NCBI GenBank assembly: GCA_963753435.1
Contig: CAVWCF010000001.1
Span: forward strand, 128,001-192,000
DNA length: 64,000 nt
Origin: an uncultured Actinomycetota bacterium
Lineage (GTDB): Bacteria > Actinomycetota > Actinomycetes > CAVWCF01
Reading direction: 5' to 3'
Part shown: piece by piece, positions 10,141-22,363 of the stretch
Position numbering within the stretch: the stretch's first letter is position 1
How the letters are laid out: the number at the start of each line of letters is the position of its first letter
The notes under the pieces: model-generated
Told to the model about the DNA's origin: nothing
Database searches by the model: none
The model's input: only the letters and a program-made list of their open reading frames with translations
Program-made: the position numbers and the translations under genes

Positions 10141-13100
10141 GTGGCAGTCGGCGTTCCCACGGCCCAGCCGGCCCCGCAGGGGCTGTACGACGGCCAACAC
10201 GAGCATGACGCCTGCGGGGTCGCATTCGTTGCCACGCTGTCCGGCGCGGCTTCACATGGAGTGCTTGAGCAGGCGTTGACCGCGCTGCGCAATCTGGAGC
10301 ACCGCGGCGCCTCTGGTGCGGAGCCGGAGTCCGGTGACGGCGCCGGCATCCTCATCCAGGTTCCGGATCAGTTCCTGCGTGAGGTCGTCGACTTCGCCCT
10401 GCCGCCCGCAGGCGGCTACGCCGTGGGAACCGCATTCCTCCCGGTGGAACCGTCCGCCAGCCTTGCGGCGGCCGCGCAGATCGAGCAGATCGCGATCTCC
10501 GAAGGTCTGACCGTCCTGGGATGGCGGCAGGTTCCGGTGGCGGCCGACCTGCTGGGGGCCACCGCCCGTTCCGTGATGCCGGGGTTCTGGCAGCTGTTCG
10601 TCACCGCTGCTGACGGCGTTGAGGGGCTGGCCCTGGAGCGTCGCGCGTTCTGCCTGCGCAAGCGGGCCGAACACGAGGTCGGGGTGTACTTCGCATCGCT
10701 TTCGTGCCGGACCCTGGTCTACAAGGGCATGCTCACCACGGGGCAGCTGGAGCCGTTCTACCCGGACCTGTCCGACCCGCGGATGGCGACGGCGCTGGCC
10801 CTTGTGCACAGCCGGTTCAGCACGAACACGTTCCCGTCGTGGCCGCTGGCCCACCCGTACCGGTACATCGCGCACAACGGCGAGATCAACACCGTCAAGG
10901 GCAACCGCAACTGGATGCGGGCGCGGGAGTCGCTGCTTGCCTCGGACCTCATTCCGGGAGACCTGTCCCGCGTATTCCCGATCTGCGACCCGAACGCCAG
11001 CGACTCGGCATCGTTCGACGAGGTGCTGGAGTTGCTGCACCTGGGCGGGCGCAGCCTGCCGCACTCGGTGCTGATGATGATCCCGGAGGCGTGGGAGAAC
11101 CACACGCAGATGGACCCGCAGCGGCGGGCCTTCTACGAGTTCCATGCGGCGGTCATGGAGCCATGGGACGGCCCGGCCTGTGTCACGTTCACCGACGGCT
11201 CGGTTGTGGGTGCAGTCCTGGACCGCAACGGGCTGCGTCCGGGGCGCTTCTGGGTGACTGCGGACGGTCTGGTCGTTCTGGCCAGCGAGGCCGGCGTGCT
11301 GGACGTCGCTGCTGGTGACGTGGTGCGCAAGGGTCGGCTGCAGCCGGGTCGGATGTTCCTGGTGGACGTCGAGGCCGGCCGGATCATCGAGGACGACGAG
11401 ATCAAGGCGGAACTCGCCGCTGAGCACCCGTACACCGACTGGCTGCACGCCGGTGAGATTCACCTTGAGGACCTGCCGGAGCGCGAGCACGTGGTCCACA
11501 CCGCCGAGTCCGTGCTGCGCCGCCAGCAGACCTTCGGATACACCGAGGAGGAACTGCGGGTGATCCTGGCGCCGATGGCGCGCGCCGGCATCGAGCCCAT
11601 CGGGTCGATGGGAACGGACACCCCGATCGCGGTGCTGTCCGAGCGGCCACGGTTGCTGTTCGACTACTTCAACCAACTGTTCGCCCAGGTCACCAACCCG
11701 CCGCTGGACGCCATCCGCGAGGAACTGGTGACCAGCCTGTCCACCTGGATCGGGCCGGAGCAGAACCTGCTGGACCCGGGACCGGCGTCGTGTCGCGGCA
11801 TCGTGCTGCCCTTCCCGATCATCGACAACGACGACGTGGCGAAGATCCTGCACATCAACCTGGACGGCGATCTGCCGGGCTTTCAGTCCCTGGTCGTGTC
11901 CGGTCGGTACCGGGTTGCCGGCGGCGCGAGCGCGCTACGCAAGCGGCTCGACGAGATCTGCGCTGAGGTCAGCGAAGCCATCGAGCGGGGCGTGCGGTTC
12001 ATCGTCTTGTCCGACCGGCACGCCGACGCCGAGAACGCCCCGATCCCGTCGCTACTGCTAACCGGGGCGGTCCACCACCACCTGGTTCGCACCAAGCAGC
12101 GCACCCAGGTTTCGCTGATCGTGGAAGCCGGCGACGTTCGCGAGGTGCATCACGTCGCCCTGCTGATCGGCTACGGCGCCTCCGCGGTGAACCCCTACCT
12201 GGCCATGGAGTCCGTCGAGGACCTCGTCCGGCGTGGCGTCATCGACGGCGTCACCCCGGCCCAGGCGATCCGCAATCTGACCAAGGCGTTCGGCAAGGGC
12301 GTCCTGAAGGTCATGTCCAAGATGGGCGTCTCGACCGTGTCCTCCTACTGCGGAGCGCAGATCTTCGAGGCAGTCGGCCTGTCGCAGACGCTGGTCGACC
12401 GTTACTTCGCCGGCACCACAACGAAACTGGGCGGCGTCGGTCTCGGCGTGATTGCCGAGGAGGTCACGCGCAGGCACGCGGTGGCGTACCCACCGAGCGG
12501 GATCTCGCCGGCGCACCGCACGCTCAACGTCGGCGGGGAGTACCAGTGGCGGCGTGAAGGCGAGCCGCACTTGTTCGACCCCGAGACGGTGTTCCGGTTG
12601 CAGCACGCCACGCGCCAGCGCCGTTACGACATCTTCAAGGAGTACACCCGCAAGGTGAACGACTCCGCCGAGCGGCTCATGACGCTGCGCGGCTTGTTCG
12701 CCCTTCGGGAAGGTGCTCTTCCGCCTGTGCCCATCGACGAGGTGGAACCGGTCAGCGAGATCGTCAAGCGCTTCTCCACTGGGGCCATGTCCTACGGGTC
12801 CATCTCCGCCGAGGCGCACGAGACGCTGGCGATCGCGATGAACCGCATCGGCGGCAAGTCCAACACCGGCGAGGGCGGGGAGGACCCCCAGCGGTTCATC
12901 CCGCTGCCCAACGGCGATTCCAAGCGTTCGGCGATCAAGCAGGTTGCGTCCGGGCGCTTCGGCGTTACCAGCGAGTACCTGGTCAATGCCGACGACATCC
13001 AGATCAAGATGGCCCAGGGCGCCAAGCCCGGTGAGGGCGGTCAACTTCCGGGCCACAAGGTGTACCCGTGGGTGGCAAAGACCCGGCACTCGACGCCGGG

Positions 13101-14679
13101 CGTCGGCCTCATCTCCCCGCCGCCGCACCACGACATCTACTCCATCGAGGATCTGGCTCAACTGATCCACGACCTGAAGAACGCAAACAACTCCGCCCGC
13201 ATCCACGTAAAGCTCGTCAGCGAGATCGGGGTGGGCACTGTCGCCGCGGGCGTGAGCAAGGCGCACGCGGACGTGGTGCTCATCTCCGGGCATGACGGTG
13301 GCACGGGTGCGTCGCCGCTCACCTCCCTCAAGCACGCAGGTGCGCCGTGGGAACTCGGCCTCGCCGAGACCCAGCAGACGCTGCTGCTGAACGGGTTGCG
13401 GGACCGGATCGTCGTTCAGGCCGACGGGCAGATGAAGACCGGTCGCGACGTGGTCATCGCGGCCTTGCTGGGTGCGGAGGAGTTCGGCTTCGCGACTGCG
13501 CCGTTGGTGGTCATGGGCTGCGTGATGATGCGCGTTTGCCACCTGGACACCTGCCCGGTGGGGGTGGCGACCCAGAACCCGGTCCTGCGCGAACGTTTCG
13601 CGGGTCAGCCGGAGTTCGTCGAAGCCTTCTTCGAGTTCATCGCCGAGGAGGTCCGTGAGTACTTGGCCGCCTTGGGTCTGCGGTCCCTGGACGAGGCGAT
13701 CGGGCAGGCGGAGTTGCTGGACACCAACGCCGCAATCAGCCACTGGAAGGCATCCGGCCTGGACCTGACGCCGATCCTGCACGTGCCGGCGCTGCCCGAA
13801 GGCGCCGCCCGTAGGTGCACGACGTCGCAGGAGCACGGCCTGGAGAAGGCGCTGGACAACGACCTGATAGCGCTGAGTGAGGACGCGCTGGAGCGGGGCG
13901 AGCCGGTTCGTGCGGTCGTTCCGGTGCGCAACGTCAACCGGACCGTGGGGACCATGCTCGGCGCGGAGGTGACTCGTCGCTACGGCGGGGTCGGCCTGCC
14001 GGACGGCACGATCGACATCACCTTCACGGGTTCGGCTGGTCAGTCGTTCGGAGCGTTCGTACCCGCCGGCGTAACGCTGCGCTTGGAGGGGGACGCCAAC
14101 GACTATCTGGGCAAGGGGTTGTCCGGCGGGCGGATCATCGTGCGGCCCGACTCCGAAGCGTCCTTCGTGGCCGAGGACAACGTCATCGCCGGAAACGTGG
14201 TGGCGTACGGCGCCACTGCGGGCGAGTTGTTCGTGCGCGGGTTGGTGGGCGAGCGCTTCTGCGTTCGCAACTCAGGTGTGACCGCAGTCGTCGAGGGCGT
14301 CGGTGACCACGCCTGTGAGTACATGACCGGTGGCCGCGCCGTGATCCTCGGGCCCACCGGCCGCAACCTGGCGGCCGGTATGTCGGGCGGCATCGCCTAC
14401 GTCCTGGACCTGGACTTGGCCCGGGTCAACCAGGAGATGGTGGACCTGGAGGAACTCAGCCACGAAGACACCGAGTTCCTCCGGCAGGCGATCAGCCGCC
14501 ACGCGGAGGAGACCGGATCGGACGTGGCCGGACGCCTGCTGGCCGACGGGGATGCGATCTGGTCCAGGTTCACCAAGGTGATGCCACGCGACTACAAGCG
14601 CGTTCTGCAGGCAATGGCGAAGGCGGAGGCCGAGGGTCTCGACGTCGACCGAGCGATCATGGAGGCGTCGCATGGCTGA
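10141..14679 (+). CDS. gltB: Glutamate synthase large subunit
   Basis: GTG 10141 with GGAG SD; HDACGV (catalytic Cys), [33 protein letters not shown]. Confidence 0.98.
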   Translation: MAVGVPTAQPAPQGLYDGQHEHDACGVAFVATLSGAASHGVLEQALTALRNLEHRGASGAEPESGDGAGILIQVPDQFLREVVDFALPPAGGYAVGTAFLPVEPSASLAAAAQIEQIAISEGLTVLGWRQVPVAADLLGATARSVMPGFWQLFVTAADGVEGLALERRAFCLRKRAEHEVGVYFASLSCRTLVYKGMLTTGQLEPFYPDLSDPRMATALALVHSRFSTNTFPSWPLAHPYRYIAHNGEINTVKGNRNWMRARESLLASDLIPGDLSRVFPICDPNASDSASFDEVLELLHLGGRSLPHSVLMMIPEAWENHTQMDPQRRAFYEFHAAVMEPWDGPACVTFTDGSVVGAVLDRNGLRPGRFWVTADGLVVLASEAGVLDVAAGDVVRKGRLQPGRMFLVDVEAGRIIEDDEIKAELAAEHPYTDWLHAGEIHLEDLPEREHVVHTAESVLRRQQTFGYTEEELRVILAPMARAGIEPIGSMGTDTPIAVLSERPRLLFDYFNQLFAQVTNPPLDAIREELVTSLSTWIGPEQNLLDPGPASCRGIVLPFPIIDNDDVAKILHINLDGDLPGFQSLVVSGRYRVAGGASALRKRLDEICAEVSEAIERGVRFIVLSDRHADAENAPIPSLLLTGAVHHHLVRTKQRTQVSLIVEAGDVREVHHVALLIGYGASAVNPYLAMESVEDLVRRGVIDGVTPAQAIRNLTKAFGKGVLKVMSKMGVSTVSSYCGAQIFEAVGLSQTLVDRYFAGTTTKLGGVGLGVIAEEVTRRHAVAYPPSGISPAHRTLNVGGEYQWRREGEPHLFDPETVFRLQHATRQRRYDIFKEYTRKVNDSAERLMTLRGLFALREGALPPVPIDEVEPVSEIVKRFSTGAMSYGSISAEAHETLAIAMNRIGGKSNTGEGGEDPQRFIPLPNGDSKRSAIKQVASGRFGVTSEYLVNADDIQIKMAQGAKPGEGGQLPGHKVYPWVAKTRHSTPGVGLISPPPHHDIYSIEDLAQLIHDLKNANNSARIHVKLVSEIGVGTVAAGVSKAHADVVLISGHDGGTGASPLTSLKHAGAPWELGLAETQQTLLLNGLRDRIVVQADGQMKTGRDVVIAALLGAEEFGFATAPLVVMGCVMMRVCHLDTCPVGVATQNPVLRERFAGQPEFVEAFFEFIAEEVREYLAALGLRSLDEAIGQAELLDTNAAISHWKASGLDLTPILHVPALPEGAARRCTTSQEHGLEKALDNDLIALSEDALERGEPVRAVVPVRNVNRTVGTMLGAEVTRRYGGVGLPDGTIDITFTGSAGQSFGAFVPAGVTLRLEGDANDYLGKGLSGGRIIVRPDSEASFVAEDNVIAGNVVAYGATAGELFVRGLVGERFCVRNSGVTAVVEGVGDHACEYMTGGRAVILGPTGRNLAAGMSGGIAYVLDLDLARVNQEMVDLEELSHEDTEFLRQAISRHAEETGSDVAGRLLADGDAIWSRFTKVMPRDYKRVLQAMAKAEAEGLDVDRAIMEASHG

Positions 14680-16132
14680 TCCGAAGGGCTTCCTTAGCTA
14701 CGAGCGCGAGCTGCCGTCGCGACGGCCGGTCGATCTGCGGCTGCAGGACTGGCGCGAGGTCTACGAGCCGGCACCGGCGGGGCAGATCGAAGAGCAGGCG
14801 ACACGCTGCATGGACTGCGGCATCCCGTTCTGCCACAACGGCTGCCCGTTGGGCAACCTCATCCCGGAGTGGAACGACCTGGCCCGGCGCGACGACTGGC
14901 GGTCGGCCATCGAACGCCTGCACGCCACCAACAACTTCCCGGAGTTCACCGGCCGGTTGTGCCCGGCTCCATGTGAAGCCGCTTGCGTGCTCGGGATCAA
15001 CTCCGATCCGGTAACCATCAAGCAGGTCGAGGTGACGATCATCGATCGGGCCTTCGACGCAGGGTGGGTGACGCCACAGGCCCCGACGCGGCTGTCGGGC
15101 AAGACCGTGGCAGTCGTCGGCTCCGGCCCGGCCGGTTTGGCCGTGGCCCAGCAGTTGACCCGAGCCGGGCACACAGTCGCCGTGTACGAACGCGCCGACC
15201 GGATCGGCGGGCTGCTGCGTTACGGCATCCCCGAGTTCAAGATGGAAAAGGCGCACCTGGAACGCCGCCTGGCGCAGATGGAGGCCGAAGGAACCCGTTT
15301 CCGGCCGGGGGTGGCGGTTGGCACCGACGTCACCGCCGACCAGTTGCGGCGCCGCTACGACGCGGTGGTGCTGGCGATCGGGGCGACCGTGGCCCGGGAC
15401 TTGCCGGTTCCCGGGCGGGAGTTGTCGGGCATTCATCAAGCAATGGACTACCTGCCGCTGGCCAATCGCCTGTGCGAGGGCGACGACTTGGGTCACGGTG
15501 ACCGCTCCCCGATCGATGCCGCGGGCAAGCACGTAGTGATCATCGGCGGTGGTGACACCGGAGCGGACTGCTTGGGAACGGCGCACCGCCAGGGCGCAGC
15601 CAGCGTTACGCAGCTGGAGATCATGCCGCAGCCCGGCCCGGAGCGCCCGGAGTCGCAGCCGTGGCCGACCTATCCGATGACCTACCGCGTCACTTCGGCC
15701 CACGAGGAGGGCGGGGATCGGCTTTACAGCGTGTCCACGACCCGGTTCGTCGGGGAGTCCGGACGCGTGCGGGCGCTCGAGCTTGTCGAAGTTGCCATGA
15801 CCAACGGCAGATTCGAACCCGTTCCAGGTACGGAACGGGAGTTGCCCGCGGACTTGGTCCTGCTGGCTATGGGCTTCACCGGGCCGGAGCCGTTGATCGC
15901 CGAGCAGTTGGACCTGGCACTCGATGAACGCGGCAACATCGCGCGGGACGACCACTACGCCACCGGCCGGCCGGGTGTGTTCGTGGCCGGGGACGCCGGG
16001 CGAGGTCAGTCGCTGATCGTTTGGGCCATCGCGGAGGGGCGCGCCGCAGCTGCGGCGGCGGACCGGTTCCTGATGGGTTCAACGAACCTGCCGGAGCCGA
16101 TCCCACCGACCGCTCGACCTCTTGTCGGCTAG
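14672..16132 (+). CDS. gltD: Glutamate synthase small subunit
   Basis: [39 protein letters not shown]. Confidence 0.98.
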   Translation: MADPKGFLSYERELPSRRPVDLRLQDWREVYEPAPAGQIEEQATRCMDCGIPFCHNGCPLGNLIPEWNDLARRDDWRSAIERLHATNNFPEFTGRLCPAPCEAACVLGINSDPVTIKQVEVTIIDRAFDAGWVTPQAPTRLSGKTVAVVGSGPAGLAVAQQLTRAGHTVAVYERADRIGGLLRYGIPEFKMEKAHLERRLAQMEAEGTRFRPGVAVGTDVTADQLRRRYDAVVLAIGATVARDLPVPGRELSGIHQAMDYLPLANRLCEGDDLGHGDRSPIDAAGKHVVIIGGGDTGADCLGTAHRQGAASVTQLEIMPQPGPERPESQPWPTYPMTYRVTSAHEEGGDRLYSVSTTRFVGESGRVRALELVEVAMTNGRFEPVPGTERELPADLVLLAMGFTGPEPLIAEQLDLALDERGNIARDDHYATGRPGVFVAGDAGRGQSLIVWAIAEGRAAAAAADRFLMGSTNLPEPIPPTARPLVG

Positions 16133-16243
16133 TCCAGCTTGCCGGCCAACTCAGTTCAGTGGGTGGCAGTGCGGCTGTGTGAAATCCCAGTGAACGCCGT
16201 CGTTGCGGCGGGCGCGCCGGCTTCGTCTCGCTAGGGTCAGTGG

Positions 16244-17686
16244 GTGCGCCGGACCAAGATCGTTGCCACCCTGGGGCCGGCGTCGTCCGCCCCGGAGCAA
16301 CTCCGGGCGTTGGTTGATGCCGGGCTGGACGTGGCACGGCTGAACATGAGCCACGGCGAGCGGGCCGAACACGAGGCCGCCTACCAGGCGCTGCGCACCG
16401 CGGCTGATGCCGCGGGCCGATCCGTCGGTGTGCTGATGGATCTGCAGGGGCCCAAGATCCGGGTTGGCAAGTTCGGCAACGGACCGGTGCTACTCAAGCC
16501 CGGGCAACGCTTCACCGTTACTACTCGCGAAGTTGCCGGTGACGAATCAGAAGTCAGCACCGGATACGGGAATCTGCCCCGTGATGTGCACCCGGGGGAC
16601 CGGATCCTGCTCGACGACGGGCGGGTGACGCTCGAAGCAGTTGAGGTCACCGACACAGATGTGATCACCCGGGTCCGCGAGGGTGGTCGAGTAAGTGACC
16701 ACAAGGGGCTCAACCTCCCGGGTGTGGGGGTTTCGGTTGCGGCGCTGACGGAGAAGGACCTGGACGACCTGCGGTGGGGACTGACGCTGGGCGTAGACCT
16801 GGTGGCTCTCTCCTTCGTGCGATCTGCGGCCGACGTGGCCGAAGTGCATCGCGTCATGGAAGAGGCTGGGCGCCGCGTCCCGGTGCTCGCCAAGATCGAG
16901 AAGCCGCAGGCGGTCGAGGACCTGGAAGCGATCGTTGCCAAGTTTGACGGCCTGATGGTGGCCCGCGGTGACCTCGGCGTGGAGTTGCCGCTGGAGCAGG
17001 TCCCGATCGTGCAGAAGCGGGCCGTGCAACTGTGCCGGGAGGCGGGCAAGCCGGTCATCGTCGCCACCCAGATGCTGGAGTCGATGATTTCCTCATCGCG
17101 CCCCACGCGGGCGGAGGCCTCCGACGTGGCCAACGCCGTGTTGGACGGGGCCGACGCGGTGATGCTGTCGGCGGAAACCTCGATCGGCCGATTCCCGATC
17201 GGTGCAGTGGCCACCATGGAGCGCATCCTGCGGGCAACCGACGAGGACGGCCGGGAGTACGTGCCGCTGCTGCACGGTCGGCCGCGGACCAAGGGTGAGG
17301 CGATCACTCAGGCGGCCGTGCGGGTAGCCGACCTGCTGCAAGCCAGTTACCTGGTCGCGTTCACCGAGACCGGTGGGTCGGCCCGACTGCTGGCCATGCA
17401 CCGCCCAGACACGCCCTTACTTGCTTTCACACCACACGAAACGACCCGCGGCAGCCTTGCCCTGACCTGGGGCGTGGAGACGTTCCTGGTTCCGCCGGTC
17501 GAGCACACCGACGACATGGTTCGTCAGGTCGACCGGGCGTTGCTCGACATGGGTCGCGGCGTCCTCGGTGACCACATCGTCATCGTCGCCGGTTCGCCGC
17601 CCGGCATCCCCGGGTCGACGAACGCCATGCGTGTGCACCGCATCGGTGATGCCGTCGGCGGCATCGCGCCCGCCTATCGCGACTAG
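16244..17686 (+). CDS. pyk: Pyruvate kinase
   Basis: RRTKIVATLGP, DLQGPKIR, AKIEK, MVARGDLGVE, ATQMLESM. Confidence 0.98.
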   Translation: MRRTKIVATLGPASSAPEQLRALVDAGLDVARLNMSHGERAEHEAAYQALRTAADAAGRSVGVLMDLQGPKIRVGKFGNGPVLLKPGQRFTVTTREVAGDESEVSTGYGNLPRDVHPGDRILLDDGRVTLEAVEVTDTDVITRVREGGRVSDHKGLNLPGVGVSVAALTEKDLDDLRWGLTLGVDLVALSFVRSAADVAEVHRVMEEAGRRVPVLAKIEKPQAVEDLEAIVAKFDGLMVARGDLGVELPLEQVPIVQKRAVQLCREAGKPVIVATQMLESMISSSRPTRAEASDVANAVLDGADAVMLSAETSIGRFPIGAVATMERILRATDEDGREYVPLLHGRPRTKGEAITQAAVRVADLLQASYLVAFTETGGSARLLAMHRPDTPLLAFTPHETTRGSLALTWGVETFLVPPVEHTDDMVRQVDRALLDMGRGVLGDHIVIVAGSPPGIPGSTNAMRVHRIGDAVGGIAPAYRD

Positions 17687-17724
17687 TTGCCTCCGCGGAC
17701 CGGCGTACTCGGGACCGGCTGCCC

Positions 17725-18975
17725 TCATCCGGTTTCTGCCCATGGTGGTGGTCGTTCCCGGACCGCCAACGCCGTGCCATCGGGGCGATGGACGGTCACT
17801 GCGTCGCCCTCTAGTTCAAGAGTGAACCCGCCTTCGTGCACCGCGCGGTGGTGGCGCCGGCACAGCATGACCAGGTTGTCCTGATCCGTGCGACCACCGT
17901 GCGACCACGGCAGCACGTGGTGGGCATCGCACCAGGTCAGCGGCCGGTCGCAGCCGGGGAACCGGCATCCGCCATCGCGGACCGAGAGCAGGCGCCGCAG
18001 TCGAGGTGGCACGACTCGGGTGGCCCTGCCGATGTCCACGGGGCTCCCCGCAGTCGGGTCCGATCCGCCAAGCAGGACCGGGCTGATGGTGGCGTCGCAG
18101 CTCAGCCGTGCGGCCGCGCCCGGCGGTAGGTCCCAGTCCCGGACCGCACCGATGAGCGTCCCGGTCCCGCCGGCGCGTGGTTGCGGTCCCAGGTCGCCGG
18201 CGCCGATCGTGATGAGCAGGTGCGGTCGCTCTCCTCCCGTAACGGGAAGGTGTCCGCCATCCAGGGCGCGTCGTGACAGCTCAACCAGTGCGTCGGCGCG
18301 GCGCTGCGCGGGGGAGCGGTCATCGTCGGAACCGGTGGCCGACGGCGCCGCCAGCGACTGGATCGCGGTGAGCACTGTGGCCCCGGACTCGGGGTCCAGC
18401 AGTCCGTCGAGCGCCACTAGGCCGCCGAAGGTTGGCGAGATTGCCAATCGCCTGGCCGCGTAGGCGAACTCGGCTTCCGCGATGGCTGCCGCGGGATCGA
18501 CGGCATCAGCCCAACGTCCCACGACTATCCCCAGCTGGCGGGGCGGCAGCCGCCGCGCGGCCTCGACCAGAGTGCTCTCGGCATTGGCGATGCTTGCTTC
18601 TCGTTGTGGCGTGGCCGTCGCCGCTCTGGCGATGACGCGCACGTGCTCTGTGTTGATGTCCCCTGCAGCCAAGGCTGCGGCGGTCTCCGGAAGTAGTCGA
18701 GAAAGCACTCGGGCGGTCCGCACCTGCTCCCGCGCCGCCCCTTCCGAGATCCGGGTGTTTCGGCGCAACCAGGCGGCGGCCGACACAGCCCCGTCGCGTT
18801 CCCACTCGCCGGAGCGGTCGAGCCGTTCCGTAGTTCGCAGGACTTCAGCATGCAGTCGCGCAGCGGCGCGATGCAGCTCGATCAGTCGGGAGGGCAGATC
18901 CGTGGCCGGAGCATCATCCAGTCGCTCATCGGCCAGTTCATCCAAAGCCACGGACAGCCGGGTCAGGCCGTCCAT
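17725..18975 (-). CDS. DUF222 (REP13E12-type) HNH endonuclease-domain protein
   Basis: Helical DUF222 region (QRRADALVEL); C-terminal RDGGCRFPGC...CDAHHV...GGRTDQDNLVMLCRRHHRAVH. Confidence 0.92.
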   Translation of the reverse strand: MDGLTRLSVALDELADERLDDAPATDLPSRLIELHRAAARLHAEVLRTTERLDRSGEWERDGAVSAAAWLRRNTRISEGAAREQVRTARVLSRLLPETAAALAAGDINTEHVRVIARAATATPQREASIANAESTLVEAARRLPPRQLGIVVGRWADAVDPAAAIAEAEFAYAARRLAISPTFGGLVALDGLLDPESGATVLTAIQSLAAPSATGSDDDRSPAQRRADALVELSRRALDGGHLPVTGGERPHLLITIGAGDLGPQPRAGGTGTLIGAVRDWDLPPGAAARLSCDATISPVLLGGSDPTAGSPVDIGRATRVVPPRLRRLLSVRDGGCRFPGCDRPLTWCDAHHVLPWSHGGRTDQDNLVMLCRRHHRAVHEGGFTLELEGDAVTVHRPDGTALAVRERPPPWAETG

Positions 18976-18982
18976 GCATCAG

Positions 18983-19004
18983 AACGTAGGACAGGGGTCC
19001 GACA
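18983..19004 (-). promoter_or_regulatory. PafBC-dependent (RecA-NDp) DNA-damage promoter motif of the DUF222-HNH gene
   Basis: Minus strand reads TGTCGG-acccctgtcc-TACGTT, i.e. TGTCGG-N10-TA-N3-T, 7 nt before ATG 18975. Confidence 0.8.
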
Positions 19005-19061
19005 AACCTTGGGCAATCCACAGCCCCTAGCGGTAGGACCCGAATCGGTACCGTCCACACC

Positions 19062-19610
19062 GTGGGCAGTTACGTGGCGCTGCTACGGGGGATCAACGTC
19101 GGTGGCAAGAACCGCCTGCCGATGGCGGACCTCCGCGGCTCCTTGGCAGACCTGGGCCTGCGTGAGGTCCGGACCTACATCCAGTCGGGCAACGTCCTGT
19201 TCGAGACCGACGGTCCCGAGGCGAAGCTGGAAGCCGACATCGAGGCGCGGATCGCCGAGCAGTTCGGCCTTCGAGTGCCCATTCTCGTGCGGTCCCACGC
19301 GCAATTGGCAGACGTGGTCGCATCAGCCCCGGCTGGCTTCGGCGCGGACCCTGAGACCTACTTGTCCGACGCCGTCTTCTTGTTTGCGTCCCTGACTGCG
19401 GACGAAGCGATGGGTGCGGTGACGCTGCGCGACGGCGTTGATCAGGCCTGGCCGGGGACAGGCGTGCTCTACTTCCAGCGCCTTGCCGCACGCCGAACAC
19501 AAAGTTGGCTCAGCCGCCTGGCCAGTACCCCGCAATACCAGCAGATGACAATCCGCAACTGGTCAACAACCACCAGGCTGCTGGGGCTGCTCGAGGATCG
19601 GAGCAACTAG
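19062..19610 (+). CDS. DUF1697 family protein
   Basis: YVALLRGINVGGKN, VRTYIQSGNV, TIRNWST signature. Confidence 0.92.
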   Translation: MGSYVALLRGINVGGKNRLPMADLRGSLADLGLREVRTYIQSGNVLFETDGPEAKLEADIEARIAEQFGLRVPILVRSHAQLADVVASAPAGFGADPETYLSDAVFLFASLTADEAMGAVTLRDGVDQAWPGTGVLYFQRLAARRTQSWLSRLASTPQYQQMTIRNWSTTTRLLGLLEDRSN

Positions 19611-19618
19611 CCGTTTGC

Positions 19619-19648
19619 GTTGGCCGGTACTGGTTGGCCGGTACTGGT
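19619..19648. repeat. 14-bp tandem duplication (GTTGGCCGGTACTG x2)
   Basis: Exact copies at 19619-19632 and 19633-19646, plus a partial GT. Confidence 0.85.
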
Positions 19649-19767
19649 AGTCGCCACGGGCTAGTCGTGCGGAGCCTGGGGGCAGCGCGGGGTCGTTGGA
19701 CCCTGGCGCGCGTCCATGGGCGGGCAAGACTCAATTGGAGAGCAGTTCTCAGAAGGCGGTGAAAGAG

Positions 19768-20214
19768 ATGGAGACCAGCAAAGCGCGCAGACGCATTGTC
19801 GTCGGAGCCGACGGTTCGCCAGCAAGCGTCGGCGCCTTGCGCTGGGCGATGGCGCACGCGTCACGAGTTGGGGCAGAGGTGGACGTCGTCACCGGTTATG
19901 ACATCCCGCTGACGATTCTGGTTGTCCCGACCTACACGGAAGAGGACTACGCGCGAGATGCTCGGGCGTTGCTGGATCACACCGTGGAGCAAGCAACATC
20001 CGGCGAACACGCCGACGTCCCCTTGAACTCGTCCCTGGTGCAGGGGAAACCCGCTCGGGCGCTGGCTGAGGCAGCCGCAGGTGCAGAACTACTGGTGGTT
20101 GGTGGTCGGGGCCAGGGTGAGTTGCCGGGCATGCATTTGGGTTCCGTCGCCTCCTACTGCGTACACCACGCCCCTTGCCCTGTCCTCGTCTACCGCTCAC
20201 CGGACACGACGTAA
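19768..20214 (+). CDS. Universal stress protein (UspA family)
   Basis: RIVVGADGS...ALRWA; LLVVGGRG...LGSVASYCVHHAPCPVLV. Confidence 0.93.
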   Translation: METSKARRRIVVGADGSPASVGALRWAMAHASRVGAEVDVVTGYDIPLTILVVPTYTEEDYARDARALLDHTVEQATSGEHADVPLNSSLVQGKPARALAEAAAGAELLVVGGRGQGELPGMHLGSVASYCVHHAPCPVLVYRSPDTT

Positions 20215-20245
20215 TGCGGGTTGCGCCCGCCCTCACGTCGCGTTG

Positions 20246-20710
20246 TTAGCGCAGCACGCCCCAGTTGCGCAGCAGTGCCACGAGTTCGGCCCCGGACAAG
20301 TCGTAGAGCAATGCCAGTGTCTGCACATCGCTGGCTCGCACGGTCAGGACCTGCCCGTTGTAGTCCCCACGCATTCGCTGCAGCGAACGGGCGAAGCGGA
20401 CAAGCGGACCTGCGGTTTCGGCGGGGACCGCGCCCAGCCGAACAAGGTCGAGAACCACGCGGTCGCCGGCTCCGTTGTCGGCGACCTCCGGATCTTCGGG
20501 AAGCAGCTCCGAGATCGGCACGCCATACAGATCCGCGAGAGCGGCCAGCCGCTCCACCGTGATGCTGCGGTCGCCGCGCTCGTACGACCCGATCACTACC
20601 GCTTTGTGCTCGCCCAGTGAGCGCTCTTCCACCTGCTGCAGGCTCAGGCGTTGCTGCCGTCGGATCCGACGCAGATTGGCACCCACGGCGTGGGCGTAAC
20701 TTCCCGGCAC
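20246..20710 (-). CDS. bldD: BldD-family XRE transcriptional regulator
   Basis: GANLRRIRRQQRLSLQQVEE, KAVVIGSYERGDR; C-terminal RGDYNGQVLTVRASD; divergent from pyrR as in Streptomyces. Confidence 0.9.
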   Translation of the reverse strand: MPGSYAHAVGANLRRIRRQQRLSLQQVEERSLGEHKAVVIGSYERGDRSITVERLAALADLYGVPISELLPEDPEVADNGAGDRVVLDLVRLGAVPAETAGPLVRFARSLQRMRGDYNGQVLTVRASDVQTLALLYDLSGAELVALLRNWGVLR

Positions 20711-20722
20711 GAGCCCCCCTTG

Positions 20723-20737
20723 GTGACGCTGTGTGAC
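20723..20737. promoter_or_regulatory. BldD box (putative autoregulatory operator)
   Basis: GTGACGCTGTGTGAC matches nTnACnC(A/T)GnGTnAn at every defined position; it lies 13-27 nt upstream of the bldD start. Confidence 0.75.
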
Positions 20738-20810
20738 CCCGAAGTGTGTCCGAGACCCCCGCGGCGACGCAGCCCGATGTCCACATCCCGGCTGCTGATA
20801 CGGTGAAGCG

Positions 20811-22359
<1,549 letters not shown>

Positions 22360-22363
<4 letters not shown>

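Noticed and set aside
17687-19061. DUF222-HNH as an IS/transposon with defined ends
   Set aside because: No terminal inverted repeats, target duplication or transposase motif is visible, so it is annotated as a CDS only.
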